A stretch of 62,278 nucleotides of DNA, the filler included, from Choristocarpus tenellus KU-1152 (taxonomy: Eukaryota; Protista; Phaeophyceae): the NCBI GenBank assembly GCA_964200185.2. It is 7 parts of 7 records of this genome, joined end to end, with 100 filler letters (N's around TTAATTAATTAA, not from the genome) between each part and the next. Parts side by side here need not be neighbours in the genome. Positions count along the whole stretch, not along the records: positions 1 to 24,865 come from CAXNAD020000198.1; 6 more parts are not named here. The stretch is one strand, 5' to 3'. Shown piece by piece: positions 1 to 11,700 of the stretch. Each line of letters starts with the position of its first letter. Within the stretch, counting starts at the first letter, position 1. Under the pieces are notes generated by a model. It ran no database searches. It was not told where the DNA came from and saw nothing but the letters and a program-made list of their open reading frames with translations. Position numbers and translations under genes: made by a program.

Positions 1-2118
1 GTCACGTCAGTTTATGCTCACCAGGGACCATTGCGAGGGCGTTCCGCACAGCAAGCGCAACCCTGGTACTCAGGGGCACTTGCGCACCCTTCCTACGCGG
101 GGGGATCGACAGTGGGGTTGCCATGCCAACGTTCTAACCCTCAATGTGCCCAAGTCTGGTCTCAAAATCACCCCAAAAGACCCCTACTTTGATGGGTTGA
201 AGCACCTCGAGTTTGTACCTGATGATCCTTGACCCCACCTTTTCTGAAAGCTGAGATTGCCAACCCGATTTCATTCTCTGGGGTTATCGTCCGATTCTGC
301 GCCGTTCTCGCTTGGTGAGCCCAGATATTTCGCGGCACAAACTTATGACACAAAGGTAGTACTTGCTTTATTTGCTTGGTCTTTCCCATACTTCCCATGT
401 TACTCCGTGCTTGAGAGTTGTCTTCAGTGTCTCCCTCACAGTAAGATGACTTGGTTGTCACTTTTACCCTTTTGCTGGATATGACCATCGAAAGGCACAG
501 TGAGTGAATTTCCCTTCCTGAGTAATATTATGTGGTCGTTGCACATCTCCATTATTTGACATCGGCATGGAACTCTGTCCCCAAACATTATTTCTCCCTT
601 CAAACCTTTCCTCCTATAGTCTTGAAGGTCTGTGGTCTGAGTAGATACCAAACATGATACTTTCCCACCCTCAAGATACATGTCAGGGGTTTACTAGTGT
701 TTCAACATCAGGTTCCACAATTTTCTAGTCAACTATTGTATTTCATGTGCTGCTGTGTCTTCTCTAGGAGGTCACATTGTAGTTTCTCCATGGGCAGGGA
801 TAATATCAATATGTGAGTATCAAGCATCTAACCTACAACTACCGCTCTCTTGTCTCCAAACTCTTCAGCATAATCTGAGATCGTATCAGTGTCTCTCCTG
901 CTTCTCTTACTCCGAACGTTCGCAAATGGTCAGATATGAGGCTATGTACTACTGTGAGAAAATTTTCCGTTCTGGCATGTTGGAATCCTACTTGGATCAC
1001 ATCATCCACATATGTGCTCGTGAAAAATTCAACGTCCGTCTTCCCCACCACGCCCTCTAGGACATCTGAGGATATCTCTACCCCTTCACCTTTGTCTGTG
1101 TCTTGCCTGTATAGTTCTGAATACACAAAACAACAAACAATAACAACAATATTAGTTGCATACACCCCTGGGGAGGATAACCACTATACTCTTAGCATTG
1201 TAGTCAGAGCGTTCTATAGCTAGCAAACCGCCTCACTACCCTGGAGAATTACGCCACCCAAACACCAGTCTATAGTCAGCGAATAGGTATTCACCCTACA
1301 CATGCCCAAATTTTGATGCCCTGACTGTGTTGGGCCTAACTAGAAAAAATGCGTCACGTACATTGCACTTGGCTATCAGAATGTGTTTCTCCCTACAAAG
1401 CTTTCCCCTCAAATCACACACCTATTTGACCACCTTGGGAAGAACATCACAAAGACAAAGGGGGGAATAAATACTGTATCCTCATCCACTCCATTCCAGG
1501 CTTGATCATTATTCACCCTGATTTTATTGGTTTTTCTATCACTGCAAGAATTGACTCTCTTAGACCATGAGTTTCACGAGCTATCTCTTTCTTGACCACT
1601 GTCACTCTCCTTACACTCATATCTTCGGCAACCTTCTCACCTACTTTGGTGTGAAATTTATTTGTGCTGTAATTATTATCATACTTTGGAATGCTACTCT
1701 AGGACCCTGCGGAGGATCTTGGAATGGTTAGTGGGTGAGTACTGGCGTTGAACTGGAAATCCTGAATGCACTACATAAAACAGAGCTAGAATTGCTGATA
1801 ATTCTATTGTTTTGTCATGAAAGCACTATGTTAATGGGGTATATGTGTGGTGTCAGTGTATGTCCTGTTCAACCCTACAAGCAAGTACCGTGGCCAATTC
1901 TCCCAACCTATCCAACATCTCCTTACAATTTCCCTTTCCTTCTAAAATTTCTTTCATCTGTTTTCCATCCCAATACCATTGATCCACTAATTGGTCCTTC
2001 CCAAGGGACTATGCCTTTCTTGTCTACCCTGCACAGTCTTGGCATCCAAACATTTCTTCCTTTGTCCTAAATAGGCAGACGCATCGCAACAGGCCTTGTG
2101 GATTGGTATCTCAACATC

Positions 2119-2310
2119 CACCTCCTACCTTCCCCCCTAGTGGACAGACGGTATGCAACAAGAGGACTAGCTCCTCGCCAACATTCATCTACTCCCTTTG
2201 CCCATAGTGGACAGGCACTTCGTAACGGACCTTTCAGACTGGCTACTTGCCAATATCTATCCACTTCTGTCGCACCTAGAGGACAGATGCTTTGCAACAG
2301 ACCTTCCACT
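2119..2310. repeat. Three degenerate tandem units of about 70 bp (core cctagtggacag...tgcaac)
   Basis: ccctagtggacagacggtatgcaac / cccatagtggacaggcacttcgtaac / acctagaggacagatgctttgcaac. Confidence 0.55.
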
Positions 2311-3306
2311 CAACCAAGTAAACTATCCTGCTTATGTGAATTTTCCTTCTCTTTTGTCATTTCCCTAACCAGTAAACCTTCAGGGGGTGAAAAATTCATT
2401 CACAGTAAGCATCAGAAGGGTGGATAGAATTCTTGCAATAGGTTAATTATCCAACTAACCAAACGGCCTCCTTATATGTATTCCCCGTGTTCTTTCATTT
2501 CTCTATCAATTCACACTTATAGCTTGGGGGAGTGGGAGGGTCTTCTTATCTGGCTCATCATGATTTTCCCTTGCCTACTCACTTGTCACAGTTGCAATGG
2601 TATGCTCCATGGAGCTGGCAAGCCCGACGAGACTGCATGACTGGGTTCCACCCACGCTGGCATTGGTTGTTCCTCATGTCTGACTTCCAGTGTTGACTTC
2701 CCAACTCTGATTCCGTTCCCCTTTCCTCTTTCTAAGGCAACTAGGCTGGCTCTGTGTGCCAATTCTTCGCCTTTTTTCTGCAACAGGTTCCTGGCCCTTT
2801 CCTTTTCCCCCTTGACATGGCCCAACCAGTTGAATCTTTGCCCCATTGATGCAATTGTCAAAGCTTTTCGTGCGGATGTATTTGAGGAGGTGATGGAAGT
2901 TGATGCCTCTCCTAAAAGTAATGGATCCAGCTTCAACATCCATTCTCGTACCAAGACCCTGGTGGTGGCCCTTGACCTGGTGCCCACATGCCTCTAACTT
3001 GAGGAGGTGGTGGTGAAGCCATGCGCTGACCTGTGACCTACCCTCGACTTGCTAGTGCTGCTAATGTTGCAGGCGGTGTTTCCGTCCAGTCTTGTGGTTG
3101 AGAGTGGTTCAATCTGCACGTTTCTCCCATCTGCATCCCTCCCCCCCCAACAGAATTGGTGCATGCATGATGGAACTCCGTTGAATACGTCCTTGCCTTG
3201 TGCTCTCTGCCTCAGCGGTTGCCAACTGGTCTGTCCTGCCTCCAGGAATTGTGTGCGATTTGTGTCTTTTCTCGTATTTCTCTCACCAAGATCACTATCT
3301 CCCCTG

Positions 3307-3650
3307 GTCGTTAGTCTCCATGGCTTACACCATCAAAGTTTCTGGTGGAGTCCCATCTGCTCCCCAATGATAGTCTGCAGGCTATCCATTTTTGGTCATG
3401 AAGAATCGAAGTCAAATTATCAGCCAGGTGATGCTCTCGTCAAATAATCCTTCCTCACTGACAAATTCATATCCTTCCATCATTATTGCAAGTCGTTAGT
3501 CTCTATGTCTTGCACCATCCAAGTTTCTGGTGGAGTCCCATTTGCTCCCCAACGATGGTCTGAAGGCTTTCCATTTTTGCCCATGGAGATCGAAGTCAAA
3601 TTATCAGCCAGGTGATGCTCTCATCTAATCCTTCCTCCATCATTGCATGT
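3307..3650. repeat. Diverged tandem duplication, period about 185 bp
   Basis: gtcgttagtctc...aagtttctggtggagtccca...gaagtcaaattatcagccaggtgatgctctc occurs at about 3307 and about 3492. Confidence 0.85.
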
Positions 3651-3806
3651 CCCAGTTTGCACTGAGGCCTGCATTTACCCGTACCAGACTTCCCATGTCT
3701 GTGTGGAAGGTCTCATATTGGATGGACTTTATTCTGAAAACAGATGATAACGAGATTGGAGATCATAGATGAGGTCCTCAAGTTGGTCTCTTATCTCTCT
3801 CCCCAT

Positions 3807-3986
3807 GGCTCAAAGTATCTGGCGGGGGGGTGGTGGTGGCTGTCCATTTGGGGTTCATTTTTCCATTACGCGATTTTAAGGTGATTTGGTTGCATGTGTC
3901 AGATGGATAATGAAAGGCACTTTTACTGGAAGGGCCCGAATGGACACCCCTGTGTAGACCCCTCCCCCCCTCACATACTTTGAGCC
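3807..3986. mobile_element. MITE family A, complete copy (about 180 bp)
   Basis: TIR GGCTCAAAGTATCTG ... ACATACTTTGAGCC with a direct 3-bp flank CAT/CAT; homologous copies at 24692, 42910 and 50722. Confidence 0.8.
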
Positions 3987-4809
3987 CATCCTTTGTCAGC
4001 CTTTAAAAAAGGTCCACTGCCTGCACCACGAGTGATTTTTTTTGGTTGGCATTCTGTCTCACTCAATTTACGATCTGCTCTAATTCGGAAGGAGGAGTGC
4101 CCTGAAGCAAGTCACATCAAAACTTGACGTGGTCAGTGCTTGGTTTTGAGTCGGGCATCGCTCTTCCAAATTTTGTAGTGTGATCCTCGCCTCACTCAGT
4201 GACGTTGGTCCCGTAAACATCCTTGGCATGCTCTGCAGCTCCTCAACCCGAATTGTAGGCCTCACTGTGATAGTCCCCAGTTCTAGTTACTGGGTTATCA
4301 TATCTGGGATTTCCCTCTCAACCAACTTAGATGTGTCTCCCTTCTGTTTGGTTTTTCTTGGCTTTTACAAGCTTTATTACCCCCTGTTGGAGTGCCTATG
4401 TCTCACTGGTCTGCACTAGGTGGTGATCCATCAATCCTTGCATCTCTCATTGATTATCAATCAGACTCTCCAGGATGTGATCCATCTTTCTTCTATTCCT
4501 GTCTTCTTACCAATCTTGTTATTCTCTTTCGTGGATTTCTTTGTCTCTCATTCCTTGATCACTTGCCGTCTCTCGAACCCATACTGTGCCTCCCCAATCT
4601 GCTCTCTATTTTCCTTTCCCTCTCGAGGTTGTTTGCATGAGTCCGACTTCTCTCTCCTGCACTGACTCAATGCATGCCCCCCCTCCTTTCGTCTTTGATC
4701 GTGGTTCATTCACCGGTTCCCTGGACCTGTCTTTAGGTTTACCCACGATTGGAAAGAAATAATGTCCTGCTCTTCTTGCTAAACTCTCGCTAGAATTTCA
4801 AACCCTCTG

Positions 4810-5290
4810 ACCCCCTACCACCCACAAGGTGAGCCGCCAGCTCATCCAAAAATTGTTCTGGTTGTGTGTTTCCACTGGGATGTTGTTGATGTTTAAACTA
4901 CGAGAGTCAAATGGTCCCTAGTTGCGGTCTCACTTTCGGACCCCAGCAGCAGCAGCGAGGCATTTTTTTTCTAATTAATGTGGTAGATGGAGGTCCACTT
5001 CAACCTTAGCGAAGGCCACATCCACAAGTAACCCCTTTTCTCGCTAAGCGGCAGTGGATGCATTGGAGAGAATCCCTAGATAGAAGAATGCATCAATACG
5101 AAATTTTGGAGAATAACGAAGAGAATTCCATCCTCCAAGGTGTCATCTATCTGCAGATCCTGCCCACAAAGGACACGTGTTTTGGTACTCGGCCTCACCC
5201 ACGAGTACGTGCATCTATGGTCACTGTGTACCCCTTGCCTCCTATGTCCATCCACCGAGCAGCCGTTGGACAGGGCCTCATCCACCCCTA
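4810..5290 (-). mobile_element. Non-LTR retrotransposon 3' remnant with restriction-like endonuclease (CRE/R2-type)
   Basis: Frameshifted minus-strand translation LLVDVAF...GPFDSRSLNINNIPVET...LDELAAHLVGG; it parallels the remnant at 58366-58554. Confidence 0.5.
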
Positions 5291-5526
5291 AAGATAGGTT
5301 CACGTTCAGGCCAAATTCTGGGGGAGGAATCAGCCTTGTTAGTTGGAGAGGTTGGGTGTTTCCGTATATATATCCTACGGTACCGAATTATCGTATGCTC
5401 CAATATAATCCATTTTCCCTATACCTCAGTTTGGATTGTTACTACTTGACCTACTTGAATGTTTTCAAGAGTGCTCTAATCAGTTGATCTGTGAAAGCTA
5501 AGTCCATACAGCTCTCTACTGAAGTC

Positions 5527-8500
5527 ATGGAGAAAGAAGAGGAAGCAAATGACGAGGTGAAGGCATCGATGATACCAGACGGCAGTTCGAATTCCCAGAC
5601 CAAGAAGAACCAAACGAGAAAAAGGAGAACCACGACAGAACGAGAGGAGGACCTCTCCGCTTCACCTAGAGGCCCCCTCAACGCAAAGGCCAGAAAGAAG
5701 ATCCTGAAGACGAAAATAAATGGTGGGCGGGCGAATTAATCAGATTCTATTTAGGTATGGTCTATTATTCCCGCTTACGGGTAGGGGTACAAGTTGCAAT
5801 AGGTTCAATGTAAGATCACTATCTCAATACCAGATGCATTCGTCGCAGCTTTTTGCTTTGCTCCGTTCCGCAGTCTGGAAGACCTATCTCCAGGGAGATC
5901 TGCTTGCCGTACCCGCGTTACACAATCTTTTGTTTCTAGCAAGGCCTTCTCGTTTGTCCATGTGAACCTACTGTCCATCCTTAACCTCTTCGATCATCCC
6001 CGAACCCAGAGACATCCCTTTCAAAGGAGCAGCTGGACATACTGGGACTCTTCGAAGCTGTGGATTATGTATACTGCTTCTTGGTCAAGAACAGAATACC
6101 CCTTAGATTGTCAAACGTACAGGTGGACGAGGCTGGCACTTGCAAGACTTGTAAGCTGTAAGCTTTGAACTGTGATTGCCCGAATGCTGCATGACAACAG
6201 TGGCGTGTTCCGAACTTCTAATGCTTCCCACCTTTGTTCCTGTGAAGAAGAGGATGAGAAAGATCCAAGAATAAAATGGAAAGAGAGGGTTAAAGTCTGA
6301 AGTATAGAGATCAGTAGAGGCTGGTACGAGTCCTTTAGATGTTAGTATGTTGAGACTTTTTCTTGAGATGCTCCAGAATCCCTTTGCTAGCATTATATCT
6401 GCCTCGATTTTTTGGTATAGCGATCGTGGGTGAGATTCTGCTTGTTACACTCCACAGGGAGAAAGTCAAATGCTCCCACTGAACCCCAGGAAGAGGTACT
6501 AGTATGAATAACCTATTTGGATTACGTGGGACCACTGTGTGTTCACAAGACTTTAGACCCACACTGGCTAATCTCTCACCTTCCCTAACAAATTTTGTAG
6601 TGCAGGATCGATCTCAATTAATGGCTGTGTAGCTGTTGATGGGTAGAGTCTTGGACAACAGAGGATCTGTCGGACAAAGGGATCTGTTTCAATGTAGGCT
6701 TGTTGAGTCACAGAACTAGGGTGGGTTTGATCCAGCTTCACACTTTGCATTGAAGCCGATGCAAGAGATAGGAATCGCATGACCTACCAATAAAATTTCA
6801 ACTATGGGTAATGGAAAAACCAAGCTGGTGAAGTAAATTGTTAACTTCCTTTTCTTGATCTCATTCCGTAACTCCTTGACACACAGAGCATGGTGCAGGA
6901 GCTTTTCCCAGGACGCTTCAGCCCGCCAGCATCCTTCATACCTCGAATGCGATCTTTGGCTGAGTGTGCCCCTTCAGTGCTGTGCCTGCTGGAGTCGTCC
7001 ATAAAAGAGATTGATTCAGAGGAGTTTGGGAGTCGAGGTCACACAATTGAGGGCCAACTTAGTGAGACTGAGGTATGGCTCAGATGTGTTGTTGTTCTTG
7101 TACCTCAACACTTCATGCATGTTCTATTGAGAAGATGTTATCGATTGACTGATCCCCCACTTCCCTTCCCCTCTATCCCATCTCCAATGCTCTGTTGCGA
7201 TTCATGCTGATCATCCTATACATGATGAGGCTCTATGCCTGGCCTTGATAGCGTTGAAGAGTGGAAGACAATAGAAAGATGATTTGTTCTGTAGGCCTTT
7301 GTACCGGTTTTGTGAATGAGTGAGATTGTACCATCGCTGAGTGCACTTTCAGATGTTCCACGCTTTCAGTGCCTTTGCGTCTTTTCTGGAATACTTTGGT
7401 AATATATTCTTCCTATTCTTACCTTGAAGGAGTACACCTTTCCACAATATTACACCTCTGCCCTTACCTAGCTCGAATTGTTCTTCACAGAAAAGGCAAA
7501 CATGTTTGAAGTAATATGTTACAGATATCTTTGAGGTGGTAATTTCAATACCTCATTGTCCATTTTGATGTGTATGTCTCAGAAGACCTACACCTTTTTG
7601 GCACAGTTGACAGCACATACTCTCTAAACCTAGATCTCTCGCCCATTTTCAACAAAGCTTCAAGACCCAACCCCACCGCATACACCCAATTCCTTCATCA
7701 AGCACCCACGCTATTTCAAATTGCTGCCCCCCCTCCCTCCTCCCTGATTCACCACTATTATTTTGTGAATATGTGTATGGAGCAAACCAGGGGTACCAGC
7801 TAGAGCTTCGGTTCCACATGAAGAATATGGGCGGTGTAGGTAAGGTTCATAGTAAAAAGCGGCGGGCTGCGGTGGTTCAGGCTCTGCTTGATCAGGTCAT
7901 TGCAAACACACACACTGGGGGGGAAGTTGAGGATACTGCACAGGGTGAAATAAATGTTAAGGCGGTAGCTCTTGAATATTGTAAGGGTAGGTCTGTGAAG
8001 GGTGGTGATGAAAAGGCGACTTTGGCTAGCATGGGCAACAGTAGCAGCAGCAGGGACATTAGCAATGAAAGCAGGGATGACAGAGGAAGGGACAGGGGAA
8101 GACTTGAGAAAAAGGAACTTATGACTGGAAAAGCCCTTTCACTTCAGGTACCTCTGAGTGAGAGCCCAGCTTATGTGGTGGTCCCTGCCGTGGAGACAGC
8201 AACATCGTCTCTGGAGAGTTCAGTGGGGGCCATTTGTGGGAGAGGGGAGGGTGACAGCAATTTGACAGAGTCATCTGGAGAGGGAGAAGGCCATGTCAGG
8301 TGGGGTTGATGTTCCTGCCCTCAAGTACTTACCCCTACAAGCTTTCCCTTCCCACACATGCATCACAAGTTCCAAGGTTTAAGTAACACACCTGTATGGA
8401 CATTTGATCAAGTACTTGAACTCTCACTCAAGTGTATAATATCTCTTGCACAAGCATATGCTCACATAGGTACAGGCCTGTTGTGAAGTGTATGCACCAT

Positions 8501-8666
8501 CATTTACAACTTCTTGCTGTGCATGACCCTGTATGTTGCATGTTTTGCACCTTTACAGTAACAAATGAGAAATCCTGGAGGGTGTACATACTATACTTGG
8601 TCACACAACAAAAAAAATCATACTTCAATGTACTTTCTTGAAGGGATGGTGACCTTCAAGTAGTAT

Positions 8667-8710
<44 letters not shown>

Positions 8711-11700
8711 GCATCATGTGTAACACAGTATTTCTCCTGTATGCCCTTGTAGCGGTGAACTCCTGACCACAGCAAGAAACCGGATAGGCAATAAGCTAAG
8801 GATTCTTTCAGACCCTGGAGGGGAATTGAGACCGATGAAGACTTTGATTTTAGCCATGTGCTTGAAATTGTGGATGCTGCCGTTTTTTTGAAGTGCCACT
8901 TGTCCTTTGTTGTTGTTGTTACAACAGTCACTCTATCATTGAACAAAATGATAACTGAAGGAAAAAATCTAGTGTCCTTTGTTGATCTAAGAGTACAGAC
9001 ACGCTGTTGCTGCTAGCTGAGGTGGTGTCCAGTGCAAATGTCCAAAAGTGCCAATAGATGGACTCTGAGTTGAGTTAGGCATGCAAAGCATAATATGGTT
9101 TGAATGGAAGGTTTACAACGATATGCATAATGGGTACAAACCAACGTGTATGTACCATTGACAGAGGATAAGTAGAGCTCTACAAATACCAGGAACTACG
9201 TGTCAGTGAGAGGGGAATGTAAAGTTCTGCCTGGTCCTCGTGTGTAAAAGGTGATACTTTGAAACCACCTTCACAGATGTATGCAGGCCCTCTCTCCAGT
9301 TCACTCACTCACCACCCCTTGCCCCAAGTGTGCCTTAAACCTGTCATATTCCCCCCCCCTGCCCCCCACTTCCCGCCCACAACAATCAAATTCCGTTTTT
9401 ATTTCCATACCAATATATCTCACATAGGTTTGATGCCTTGCAGACTCTTCGCCACCTCAAGACGCTGCCCTTTTATAAGGGTCAGGTAGCTCATGTGGAG
9501 ACCATACCAGGTCAGAAGGGCTCATTTGCTGACACCTCCCACCCACTGCACCCGGCTGTTGCAGAGGCTCTAAGGGTTTCCAAGGGTGTTACGAGGCAAG
9601 AGAGGGAAATGGCGGTTGGGAAGGGCTATTATTGAGAGCATGGAGAACAACTGTGACAATATTAAAATTTGGTGAAAATATTATAGTTGTCTTTTGACAG
9701 TACTTTTTTTCGTACAATTCACCTCTCCTTATTCTGTCCTCTCTGATCCCATGCTCAACTTGTTTGCTTGTTCGAATTGCACCACCGGATGAGGGAGAAG
9801 GCTGTTTGAGCACCAGGCGATAGCCATTGATGCTTCCCTGTCAGGGCGCCATGTGGCCATCTCCACATCCACCTCCTCTGGCAAATCCGCTGTGTATAAT
9901 GTAGCCGTCCTTGAGAAGATCTTGGGGCCAGATCGCCCTGGGGCTGTAGCTCTGTACCTGTTTCCCACCAAGGCTTTGGCTCAAGATCAGCTCAGGTTGG
10001 TTTTTACTGTGTCAAATCTCGACTAGATGTTTTGGTGAATCTTGACGCAATGCGTTGGATCTGGTTGGCTCTTAGATATAGATCGAGTTGACGTGTTGTG
10101 CTCTGAATGGGGGTTGTCCGTGGCTGATGATCTAGTTCCACAGTTGTGCATATGTTGGTTGATCGGGATTGGTAGGATGAAAGAGAGGATGTAACAAATT
10201 CGGAGGGTGGGAAAAAGTGTGATGCTGTCATCTGTATCTGTTTCATTACACATAAGTACATTTGCAGCCTCTTTTTTTTTTTTTTTTTTCCTGACTCCAA
10301 GTCCTTTCAGCCCCTTCTGCCTATTGTAATATGCGTGCTTATCTTATCATTTCNNNNNNNNNNCTCTTTTTTTTTTTCATCCTACCTGACTCCCAGTCCT
10401 TTCAGCCCCTACTGCCTACTGTACTATGCATCCCTCGATTAACATCGCTGCAAACCCAACTTGTGCCGCCCACTAGGTCACTGAAGGCATTGGTGCAGGC
10501 TTCACCAGTGCTCCAAGCCCAAGTGCACCCCATGACTCTCGATGGAGATACGCCCTTCAGAGAGGTGAGACACGGTGGATAAAGGGACGGGGTGGATGAT
10601 ACCACCAAGGAAGGGATTCATCTGCTATGGTGGATATCAGGCAGGAGCAACTTCTGTTTTGTTGAATTGCTGAGAGGAAGAATGTGCATGTATGCTGTGT
10701 ATAGGAGATCTCAGATTGGGGGGTGAGTTGGAAGCATTACAGGTTGCTTTTGTGTGTATATTCTTTCTGATTCTGCAAGAGCAGGGCCGAAAATGCTCTA
10801 TGCCTTCTTTGGCTCTGCTTGTGAGTATCAAGGAAATATACAAAACATGTGATCATGTCAGATCTTCGCTGATGCTTGATAAAGAGTTACACACAACTTG
10901 TGCTCTCTCATCAAGCCAACCCCCACCCTATGCATACTTTACTCATCTTCAATGTCAATACCATTTCTGTCACCCCTATCCATGACCCTTGTGCTCTTCT
11001 GGGCTCATTTTTTTCAGACTGCTTCAATCCCCTGGTCTTCCCCACACCCAAAACTTCGTTTCCTTTTTTTCACAACTATCACAACACAATCTTGACTGCA
11101 CCTAATTCGGCTCATGATATCCCACTCTCACCACCAGCGAGGATTTGCAATGGAGAAGGCGAATGTTATCCTGACCAACCCGGATATGCTCCATGCCTCC
11201 GTGCTTCCCGGCCACAAGCGCTACCGTCGTGTCCTAGGCAACCTTGCCTATGTAGTGGTGGATGAGGTTCGTAACACACACCATGGAGTTTCTGGAGTGT
11301 TATCATACCTGGGACTCTAGTTGCTTGGATTGTGTGGCGGTTTCAGTGTCCTCGGTGTCTTCTGCTCTTGTTTCACCCTGGTTTGTTGTATGTTCGCACG
11401 TAAACCAGACTTGTATGCTTTGGGGTGTGTAGTTGAGTGTGTGCCACAAAGAGTGTCGCCATGCGTGACATGCATTTGCTAAGCTGCGAACTCCTGCCAC
11501 CCCACTCTCCCCTGCCATTTGGCATTGGATAGGCCCATGTGTACCGTGGAGCTTTTGGATCACATGTGTCGATGGTTTTGCGCCGTTTGCTGCGTCTCTG
11601 GGCCCTTTATGCAGGATCCGGTCCGCCTCCTCAGGTGATACATTTGTGGTCAGTGGTTTTAGTCATATGGCACTCATCTATTCAGCAGTATTTGGTGGGA

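Larger units (their letters stand above)
1..3700 (-). mobile_element. Degenerate DIRS/Ngaro-like (tyrosine-recombinase class) retrotransposon remnant: gag-like region, RT and RNase H
   Basis: Minus ORF 839-1165 reads FFTSTYVDDVIQV...SLISDHLRTFGVREAGE: a YxDD motif followed by a stretch resembling DIRS-type RTs of brown algae. Further downstream (about 110-250) frameshifted GGVKD...HIEG*NVGMA resembles the DIRS RNase H end (HIxGxxNxxAD). Many stops and frameshifts; no recombinase seen; boundaries approximate. Confidence 0.55.

Noticed and set aside
8812-8881. Possible extra HRQ1 exon (RPWRGIETDEDFDFSHVLEIVDAA) that could join in frame to an acceptor at 9443
   Set aside because: Weak donor (gcc|gttttt); the direct 8299-to-9428 splice has a better acceptor and reads well. 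RNA-seq would be needed to revive it.
10268-10430. Tandem duplication of about 70 bp flanking a 10-N gap in HRQ1 intron 6
   Set aside because: May be an assembly or haplotype overlap artefact at a poly-T run
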